From the NCBI RefSeq assembly GCF_963921235.1, contig NC_086097.1:99078001-99142000 (forward strand): 64,000 bases of DNA, written 5' to 3'. Within the stretch, counting starts at the first letter, position 1, and every line of letters begins with the position of its first letter. Shown in pieces: positions 56,860 through 64,000 of this stretch. The position numbers and the translations under genes are program-made. The stretch comes from Mobula hypostoma (taxonomy: Eukaryota). Below the pieces are notes generated by a model that had not been told where the DNA came from, searched no databases, and saw only the letters and a program-made list of their open reading frames with translations.

Positions 56860-57540
56860 GGGTGGAGATGAGAGTTAGAGTGACTAGGAATATGGGAAAG
56901 TGGGTGGTGTGTAAGGTCGTGGAGAGACGAGAAAGAGACAACGTGTGTGAGAGAAGGGGGAAGGAAATGGGGAGAGAGAAGGTGAGTGAAATAAGAGAGG
57001 GGGTAAGGAGTGGAGAGGGTGGAAGGGAGGGAGAGGGAAAGGTGAGGGAGAGGAGAAAGGAGAGGGAGGAAAGAGAGGGGGAAAGTGAAAGGGAACAAGA
57101 GGAAGAGGCAAGAACAAGCGTGTGATCGACGGAGAAGTGAGAAAGAAGGAAGGCAAATGGAGAAAGTGATTGAAATAGTGAGGACGAGGAGGTGAGGGAG
57201 GAAGCAAGAGGGAAGGGACTCCTGAGAGCAAGGGGGAAGAGTGTGGAATCAGTTAATGGCGGGGTGGAAGAGACAGGAAACAAGAAAGGGGTGGTGAGAG
57301 AGAGGAAATAGAGAGAGTGGGAGGCGAGGAGGATGAATGAGGGTGGCAAGTGAGGGGAAGGTAAGGGGGGAGTTGAGAAAAGGGGGTGTGAGGAGTTGAG
57401 AGAGGGGGAAGTGATATAAAGGGGAGGGGAGTTGAGAGGGTGGTGTGAGAGGGGAGTTGAGATATGGGGAAAGAAGAGAGGAGGAAGGCAATAAAGAGGA
57501 GAGGGGAAGGGAGGGGGTGAGAGAGGGGGAGGAGAGGGAG
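56860..57540. repeat. Purine-rich (GA-rich) low-complexity sequence
   Basis: The + strand is dominated by G/A, for example GAGAGGAGAAAGGAGAGGGAGGAAAGAGAGGGGG, with no fixed period. Confidence 0.8.
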
Positions 57541-58680
57541 AGAGAGTGGGGAGGGGAGGGGAGGTGAGGGAGAAAGTGGGGAGGGGAGGGGAGGTGAGGG
57601 AGAGAGTGGGGAGGGGAAGGGAGGTGGGGGAGAGAGTGGGGAGGGCAAGGGCGGTGGTGGAGAGAGTGGGGAGGGGAAGGGAGGTGGGGGAGAGAGTGGG
57701 GAGGGAAGGGGAGGTGGGAGAGTGAGTGGGGAGGGGAGGGGAGGTGGGAGTGAGAGTGGGGAGGGGAAGGGAGGTGGGAGAGAGAGTGGGGAGGGGAGGT
57801 GGGGGAGAGAGTGGGGAGGGGAGGGGAGGTGGGGGGAGAAGTGGGGAAGGGAAGGGAGGTGAGGGAGAGAGGGGTAGGGGAAGGGAGGTGGGGGGAGAGA
57901 GGGGGGAGGGGAAGGGAGGTGGGGGGAGAGAGGGGGGAGGGGAAGGGTGAGGGGGGAGTGGGGAGGGGAAGGGAGGTGGGGGGAGAGAGGGGAAGGGGAA
58001 CGGAGGTGGGGGGAGAGAGGGGGAGGGGAAGGGTGAGGGGGGAGTGGGGAGGGGAAGGGAGGTGGGGGAGAGAGTGGGGAGAGGAAAGGTGGGAGAGAGA
58101 GTGGGGTGGGGAGGTGGGGAGAGAGTGGGGAAGGGAAGGGAGGTGGGAGAGAGAGTGGGGAGGGGAGGTGGGGGAGAGAGTGGGGAGGGGAGGGGAGGTG
58201 GGGGAGAGAGTGGGGAGGGGAAGGGAGGTGGGGGGAGATAGTGGGGAGGGGAAGGGAGGTGGGGGGAGAGAGTGGGGAGGGGAAGGGTGAGGGGGAGTGG
58301 GGAGGGGAGGGGAGGTGGGGGGAGAGAGTGGGGAGGGGAGGGGAGGTGGGGGAGAGAGTGGGGAGGGGAGGGGAGGTGGGGGAGAGAGTGGGGAGGGGAA
58401 GGGAGGTGGGGGGAGATAGTGGGGAGGGGAAGGGAGGTGGGGGGAGAGAGTGGGGAGGGGAAGGGTGAGGGGGAGTGGGGAGGGGAGGGGAGGTGGGGGG
58501 AGAGAGTGGGGAGCGGAGGGGAGGTGGGGGAGAGAGTGGGGAGGGGAGGGGAGGTGGGGGGAGAGTGGGGAGGGGAGGGGAGGGGAGGTGTGGGGAGGGG
58601 AAGGGAGGTGAGGGAGAGAGTGGGGAGGGGAAGGGAGGTGAGGGAGAGAGTGGGGAGGGGAAGGGAGGGGGGAGAGTAGG
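57540..58680. repeat. G-rich ~30-bp degenerate tandem repeat (GAGAGAGTGGGGAGGGGAAGGGAGGTGGGG)n with G-quadruplex/H-DNA potential
   Basis: Recurrent 25-32 bp unit with several runs of 3-7 G per unit and almost no C on the + strand over ~1.1 kb. Confidence 0.9.
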
Positions 58681-58774
58681 GAAAGATTAAGGTGATGATT
58701 AGTAAAACCAGGCACCCAAGTTGATGGGCGTGGAAACATTAGGAGGTTAGAGGACCAAGAGGGCAAATGATAAT

Positions 58775-58776
<2 letters not shown>

Positions 58777-58818
<42 letters not shown>
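58777..58818 (+). repeat. (AC)21 microsatellite
   Basis: Direct reading. Confidence 0.97.
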
Positions 58819-58820
<2 letters not shown>

Positions 58821-59293
58821 GGGGTGATTGATAAGTTTGTGGTCTAAGGGAGAAGGAGTCAATTTTAGAAAACCTAGCACATTTATTTTTCCTACATTTA
58901 CACACTTAGTCCAGCGGTCGTGGAGCATACGGATCCTTTCTTTGTAGAAGTCGGCGTCTTGGACCTCCAGAAGTGGTCCACAGCAGGGGTGGTTGGTAAG
59001 TTCGTGTCCTAAGGTAGAAGGAGATGAGGAGAAACTTCAAACTTTCTGCATTTTCACTCAAAGAGTTGAACTGCTCGTGCATGTAACGAGAGCTGTATAA
59101 CTCATCTCCTTCTACCTTAGGCCATAAACTTATCAATCACCCCTGATGTGGACCACTTCTACAAAGAAGGGATCCGTATGCTCCACGACTGCTGGACTAA
59201 GTGTGTACATGTAGGAGGACAATGTTGAAAAATAAATGTGCTAGGTTTTCTAAAATTAACTCCGTCTTCCTTAGGCCATGAACTTATCAATCA

Positions 59294-59295
<2 letters not shown>

Positions 59296-59341
<46 letters not shown>
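59296..59341 (+). repeat. (GT)23 microsatellite, followed by (AG)8 at 59352-59367
   Basis: Direct reading. Confidence 0.97.
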
Positions 59342-59343
<2 letters not shown>

Positions 59344-59525
59344 CTATAGATAGAGAGAGAGAGAGAGCGGGAGAACAGCAGAAGTGGAAGATGGATTGGA
59401 GGAACAACAAAAGGGAAAAAAAAGGACTGTATTTAAACAAAGTTTGGGAATTTCAAGAAGAAGAATGAAATGGGGAAAGAAAATCTAGAGAAAGAGGAAA
59501 GTGAAAGATTGCTGAATGTTCTCAC

Positions 59526-59729
59526 CTCTCTGGAGGTGGTTGGCTCCATCTGCAGGATATCATGACCTAAGCTGAGCAGAAGTCTGAAAGTCTCTTCACG
59601 AGCGTCAATTTCCGCCCGGAGCTGCTGGTGCTGGTTTAGTTTTAAATCAGTCATGGAGCTGTTCCGGGTGGTCTCCTCCACTTTCATCTCCCTCATCAAA
59701 CCGGTCGACCAGGAGAAGTAATCCCGCAC
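59526..59729 (-). CDS. SPTBN5: Spectrin beta chain non-erythrocytic 5-like, internal exon (68 aa, phase 0/0)
   Basis: Acceptor GTGTCTCCTAG| and donor |GTGAGA. 204 bp translate to VRDYFSWSTGLMREMKVEETTRNSSMTDLKLNQHQQLRAEIDAREETFRLLLSLGHDILQMEPTTSRE, a spectrin repeat (helix A Trp, HQxLxAEIxARE). It resembles the SPTBN5 segment VRDYxSW...HQxLRAE as I recall it; no database search was run. Confidence 0.9.
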
Positions 59730-59905
59730 CTAGGAGACACAAAGTCCAAAGAGAAAGAAAGCTTGATAACTATTTCTCTGACAAGAAATCATTCTTTTCC
59801 CAAGGTGACTTAGAAAATACTTATTTTGTGCAATCACATTTCTAGATCAGAGAAGTGCAGCAGATGGCTCAAATTTCTGCTGAACTGACTTGATGCAGAG
59901 TTTAT

Positions 59906-60057
59906 TCAGCTTGTCCTGTGCTGAAACACAAGCCATTATATATCAGTAACACTCAAATAACTGAGATTAGAACCTGAATCAGCTTGTCCTGTGCTGAAAC
60001 ACAAGCCATTATAATCAGTAACACTCAAATAACTGAGATTAGAATCTGAATCAGCTT
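59906..60057 (+). repeat. 72-73 bp tandem duplication
   Basis: TCAGCTTGTCCTGTGCTGAAACACAAGCCATTATA...GAGATTAGAA(C/T)CTGAA starts at 59906 and at 59979; a third TCAGCTT lies at 60051. Confidence 0.93.
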
Positions 60058-61225
60058 TACTATCACCAGCAAAGGTTGTGAAATTTGTTAACTTAGCAGC
60101 AGCAATACAATGCAATACATGATAAATATAGGGAAAAAACTGAATTACAGTATCTATGTGTAAGTATTAAATAGTTACATTGAAATAAGGAGTTCAAAAA
60201 CAGAAATAAAAAAGTAGCGAGACAGTGTTCATGTTTTAAGGTAGGAGAAAAGGGTAAAACTAGGAACCCAAGTTGGTGGGAGGTTAGAGGACCAAGAACG
60301 GAGGAAGAGGGCAAATGATAATATATAGAGAGAAATCGGATGGCAGAGCGGAAGAAGCTGTTCTTGAATGGCTGAGTGTGTGCCTTTAGGCTCCTGTACC
60401 TCCTTCCTGAGGGTAGCAATGAGAACAAGGCATGACCTGGGTGATGGGGGTCCTTAATGATGGATGCCACCTTCCTGATTCATGGCTCCTTGAAGATGTC
60501 CTGGGTACTACAGGGGCTAGTACCCATGAGGAGGCTGACGAATTTCACAACTTTCTACAGCCTACTTCAACCCTATGCATTAGCCTCCACCACCCCACCC
60601 CCATACCAGACGGTAATGCAGCCAATCAGAATGCTCTCTATGGTACATTGGTACAAGTTTTTGAGTGTTTTAGGTGACAAACCACATCTCCTCAAACTCC
60701 TAAACACTGCCTTGGCTTCTTTGTCCTGTAGCTGTATCGATATGTTGGGACCAGGTTAGATCCTCAGAGATCTTGACACCCAGGAACTTGAAACTGCTCA
60801 CTCTCTTCACTTCTGATCCCTCTAGGAGGATAGGTTCGTGTTCCCTCGTCTTACCCTTCCTGAAGACCACGATCAGCTCTTTGGTCTTGCTGATGCTGGG
60901 TGCAAGGTTGTTGCTGTGACACCACTCCACTAGCTGATATATCTTGTTCCCGTATGCCCTCTTGTCACCATCTGAGATTCTGCCAACAATGGTTGTACCA
61001 TCACAAATTTACAGATGGTATTTGAGCTATGCCTAGCCACACAGTCATGGGTATAGAGAGAGTAGATCAGTGTAAGCACACACCCCTGAGATGTGCCAGT
61101 GATGATTGTCAGTGAAATTATGGAGATGTTATTTCCAGTCTGCACAGATTGTGGTCTTCTGGTTAGGAAGTTGAGGATCCAGTTGTTGAGGAAGGTTCTG
61201 GAGCTTTTCGATCTGGACTGTAGTA
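60040..61225 (-). mobile_element. 5'-truncated, degenerate LINE (Rex1/Babar-like) with reverse transcriptase C-terminus and 3' UTR
   Basis: Frameshifted RT pieces on minus: NWILNFLTRRPQSV...TGTSQGCVL...YSLYTHDCVARHSSNTICKF; WCHSNNL...SKTKELIVVFRK...FKFLGVKISEDLTWSQHID; IIKDPHHPGHALFSLLPSGRRYRS...FKNSFF. These are typical of fish Rex1/Babar elements. An AT-rich tail ends in short AATCTG-type repeats. Confidence 0.88.
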
Positions 61226-61723
61226 ATGATGGTGTCAAGTTATAGTCACACGGTGCATGAGTTAAACTTTTCAGAGATGTTATTCGGCTATTTATATATG
61301 AGATTGCCCTGGAACTGCTGTACAATTTGTCCTCCTGCTCTTTCTCAGAGTTTTATCAATTTCATCCTATCCCCACCCCCAGATCATAACCCCAACCCCA
61401 TGTATTCATCCCAGATAGAGCTGCTGCCTTATCAAAGGTGCCATTCCCTAGATAAACTGGGACCCTGTCTGCCTTCTCTGATGGACAGATTTCAAGAGGA
61501 GCAGGCAATCTCTACCTATTCCCTGGACATTCTCAAGCCATGAAACTACATCATTGCTTCATTGTTCATTGGCGTTTGCAAGCTTCTACCATGTACAAAG
61601 TGGCAGGTACTCTTGTTTTAATATACTTCCAATGTGACCACACCTCATAAAAACAAATCGCACTGCATTAATATTAATCTTGTTATTTTCCACTTCTGCA
61701 ACTTCCACTCCAGTCGTACTCAC

Positions 61724-61903
61724 CTGTACCAGGAACCGTTGGATCTTACAGGCCTTCTCCAGGGATTCCCTTCGCTGGTCCACTTTACTCCTGAGACTCT
61801 CCCAGTTCTCCACCACTGCCGTCTGCTTGGCCTGCAGGACTGCGCTCTGCTCTGTCGTGCACCTGTGCAGTACCCCATCAGCTGCATCCAGCAGTTCCTG
61901 CAT
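61724..61903 (-). CDS. SPTBN5: Spectrin beta chain non-erythrocytic 5-like, internal exon (60 aa, phase 0/0)
   Basis: Acceptor TTTCCCTGTGATCTCAG| and donor |GTGAGT. 180 bp translate to MQELLDAADGVLHRCTTEQSAVLQAKQTAVVENWESLRSKVDQRRESLEKACKIQRFLVQ (spectrin helix C, WxxLxxxxxxRRxxL). It splices in frame to VRDYFSW of the next exon. Confidence 0.9.
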
Positions 61904-62169
61904 CTGAGATCACAGGGAAACTAGTTCTCAACCTCTTTATCTGAGCCTTACTGACACAAACAGCTCTCAGTCTCAGTACAGCACCTCTCTTCACCTCCAA
62001 ATGCAGGTGTGGCTAATCCCTGTACCATCAGCAAGTGGGAGACGGAAACTTTCTGACAGGCTGTGGAAGGTAGGACCAACCAGAGCTTCTAACGTACGGA
62101 CACGTACGGTGAAAAGTGAATCTGCAAACAAGAGCCTTAGAGTGTGCAGCAAGGACGCTGTGAAACGGA

Positions 62170-62432
62170 GAGGGAGAGTGGGGGCAGAGGACGGGGGCAG
62201 AGGAGAGCAGAGCAGAGGGGAGAGAGGAGGGTAGAGGGGGAATTGGAGGAGGGAAGGGGGAGAAGGTAGAGGTCAGAAGGGGAGAGGGTAGTGGTCAGGA
62301 GTGGTGAGGGGGGTGAGAGGGGAGTGATGAGGGAGGCGAGGGAGGAGGGAGGAAGAGGGGGGAAGAGAGAGGAGGGAGGTAGAGAAGGAGGGGGAGAGAG
62401 GAGGAGAGAGAGAGGCAAGCTGGGGAGAAGGG
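62170..62432. repeat. Purine-rich (GGA/GA) low-complexity tract
   Basis: The + strand is almost only G/A, for example GGAGGAGGGAGGAAGAGGGGGGAAGAGAGAGGAGGGAGG. Confidence 0.85.
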
Positions 62433-62649
62433 AACTTCCTAACAATTGTTCATTTTCACTGTCGTCTGTTTCTGACATCCCCAAGCCTGGGTGCTTGAAA
62501 CCTCAGTGAGCAGAAAAGTGTCTGAACTGTCTTACTGCTTATTTCTTGCCAACTACCCGTGACAAAAATCACAGCTTTTTGAACAAAAACACATGCAACT
62601 GATGCTATTTAAAAGCTTTTGCTCTAAGCACAGTGTAGTGTTCGATGGC

Positions 62650-62831
62650 CACACAAGTACACCCGACTGACCCTAGTTTGAAACTGTTCGGCAACGATCA
62701 CCTGTCCCAATTAAGTGGCATACTCTCCCAAATAAACAAAGAGAATCTTGGCTACTTTCTGGATTAACTTTTGTTCTTTAAGAGTTGTCCCAAATAAATG
62801 GCTGCCCCAATTAACCACAGTCCATTGTGTA
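62650..62831. mobile_element. Possible end fragment of a Tigger/pogo-like DNA transposon or MITE
   Basis: Recurrent subterminal motif CCCAATTAA/CCCAAATAA (near 62705, 62727, 62789, 62806), ending CCAATTAACCACAGTCCATTGTGTA, which resembles a ...CCACTG-TA terminus. No partner TIR was found. Confidence 0.35.
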
Positions 62832-63038
62832 TTATTTTGAACCATGATTTGAGAGAGAAGGATACAGCACTGAGACATCATCAGATAATGGATTTCTGCT
62901 ACAGAATGGATGCCCTCCTCCCGGCCGGTGTAAGGGACAGGAATGCACATCAATCTAGCCCTATCTCCTGTCCATATACCTCTCACCGCTCCATTCTAAC
63001 GGCTGGCAAGATGTGATATAAAGTTAAGTGCCATCAAC

Positions 63039-63149
63039 CTGTTGCTCAACTCCCAACAGCTCATGCTCCAGTGCTTCATGTACACGCAGCTGTGCCTGAA
63101 CACTCCGCAGGTCCCTTGCAATCTCATCAGGGATGCTTTTCGACTTCCC
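63039..63149 (-). CDS. SPTBN5: Spectrin beta chain non-erythrocytic 5-like, internal exon (37 aa, phase 0/0), absent from the ORF track
   Basis: Acceptor TTTCCGTCTCTCCAG| and donor |GTTGAT. 111 bp translate to GKSKSIPDEIARDLRSVQAQLRVHEALEHELLGVEQQ (spectrin A-B loop and helix B, DLxSVxxxLxxHExLExEL). It joins both neighbouring exons in frame. Confidence 0.88.
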
Positions 63150-63214
63150 CTGGAGAGACGGAAACAAGGGACAAATGAGAGAATACACTTTGCATTTCAC
63201 CGATTAGAGCTCCC

Positions 63215-63328
63215 ATTGCTCCATTGTATTTATAGATGTATTTAATACTCTCATGTGTGCTGTCGACTATGCGAGCTATATGTAAGCAGGGACTTTCATT
63301 GCCATCTGGTGCATATGACAATAAACTT
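63215..63328 (+). mobile_element. Short LINE/SINE 3'-tail fragment
   Basis: ...GCAGGGACTTTCATTGCCATCTGGTGCATATGACAATAAACT resembles the 3' end with AATAAA of fish non-LTR retroelements. Recognised from memory only. Confidence 0.35.
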
Positions 63329-63411
63329 ACCATGGTTAAGACTGCCAAAGCAGTTTGGAGAATTTCAGCAGAGGAACCAACAGGCTGAACCTGTGGAGCA
63401 GTCACATTTTC

Positions 63412-63860
63412 AAATAAGCTCTCCTCGGTCTCCCAGCAGGGTACAGCTATTGATTTTAACCAAAGTTCCTTCCGATGACAAATTCTGCCATCTTCATCAG
63501 GGATCTCTGCTCCAGTGGTATATCTACGCCCGTCATCCATCCCTCCTGATTGGTTAGTCCTCATCTAATCGGGTTTCCACTGTCCCACTTTGTTTATGAT
63601 CGAATTCCAGTACCTTCATCTTTATTAAGATTCTTTCTCCCCAGTTTAATTTCAATTGCTCCCTTTGCTGGACAGTCCCAAAAGCCATTGGTGCGGGCGG
63701 ACAATGGTGGCATGTATACCACCAGACTAGACATGCCCAGGCATCATCCTTGATGAAGATGGCAGAGTTTGTCATCGCTCCATCAGTTAAAATCAATACT
63801 TGAACCTGGCTGGAAGCCAGAGAAAAGTTTATTCATCATATACGCCAGGAAAGCACAAGA
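63412..63860. mobile_element. Penelope-like element remnant with inverted pseudo-LTR copies and degenerate hammerhead motifs
   Basis: 63412-63504 is an imperfect reverse complement of 63746-63833 (CGATGACAAATTCTGCCATCTTCATCAGGGAT vs ATCCTTGATGAAGATGGCAGAGTTTGTCATCG). Each copy has CTGATGA-like core, a 7-bp stem and a GAAA-like position. Confidence 0.6.
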
Positions 63861-63933
63861 TCCTTTTTTAGCCACATTTTCAGTTTTCCCAAAATATCAC
63901 CTTGTCATGTCGCAAAATGCCCAAAGCTCCTAC

Positions 63934-64000
63934 CTCAATGTGGGTCAGAGCATCGGCCAGGTCTTGGACACACTTGTGAAATTCCACAGCATCACACAGT
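63934..64000 (-). CDS. SPTBN5: Spectrin beta chain non-erythrocytic 5-like, 3' part of an exon truncated by the window edge, absent from the ORF track
   Basis: Minus strand reads LCDAVEFHKCVQDLADALTHIE followed by donor GAG|GTAGGA. This fits the start of a spectrin repeat helix A and is in frame with the exon at 63149. Confidence 0.82.

Larger units (their letters stand above)
58776..59342. mobile_element. Palindromic non-autonomous mariner-derived element (MITE) with nested TIR copies
   Basis: The arm 58821-59028 is the reverse complement of 59101-59294. The TIR-like motif AGGGGTGATTGATAAGTTYRTGGCCTAAGGTAGAAGGAG occurs four times (58820 and 58985 forward; ending 59144 and ~59294 reverse). 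Both arms encode a mariner transposase C-terminal remnant: FYKEGIRMLHDCWTKCVHVGG on + from 59157, and MLHDRWTKCVNVG on minus. TA lies at 58776-58777 and 59341-59342, outside the microsatellites. Confidence 0.85.
1..59525 (-). other. Putative giant intron of the SPTBN5-like gene (5' part; acceptor not within window)
   Basis: Canonical donor GAG|GTGAGA begins at 59525 on the minus strand, after an internal coding exon with no stop. I found no further spectrin-like exon between 59525 and 1. Confidence 0.75.

Noticed and set aside
56750..56940. Possible old Penelope RT remnant or missing spectrin exon at the array edge
   Set aside because: Only a vague resemblance. I could not read a recognisable RT or spectrin motif, or a convincing splice-site pair.
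56813..58928. Pro/Ser/Leu-rich 559-aa ORF and Gly/Glu/Arg-rich ORFs (extensin- or formin-like)
   Set aside because: These are translations of the G-rich low-complexity tract, a (CA)n run and a MITE arm.
59433..61903. ORF-track extensions of the spectrin exons (59433-59525 and 61586-61723) as coding
   Set aside because: Spectrin similarity ends exactly at canonical GTGAG donors, so the extensions are intron read-through.

Overview
Vertebrate genomic DNA, probably a cartilaginous fish judging from the repeat types (inference). Bases 1 to ~56750 are one uninterrupted head-to-tail minisatellite of roughly 1,400 units. Each unit is a constant 33-bp core (TGAGACAGGTGAAGGTATGCAGCGCGTGGACAG) plus a 6-bp tail (AGGAAG/AGGGAG, 39-bp unit) or an 8-bp tail (GAGGAGAA, 41-bp unit), arranged in nested kb-scale duplications. 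The ORFs the track calls there are repeat artefacts. The last ~7 kb holds a G-rich polypurine tract, a palindromic mariner-derived MITE capped by complementary (CA)n/(TG)n, a truncated Rex1/Babar-like LINE, a Penelope-like inverted remnant with degenerate hammerhead motifs, and four in-frame minus-strand exons of a spectrin beta V (SPTBN5)-like gene. Two of these exons are missing from the ORF track. The array therefore appears to lie in a >59 kb intron of a gene whose neighbouring introns are 0.8-2 kb. I found no convincing novel protein-coding system. The most interesting signals are the intronic mega-minisatellite, its AG-free sense strand with recurrent one-base variants that create textbook 3' splice sites, its binary/higher-order structure, and the hairpin MITE.
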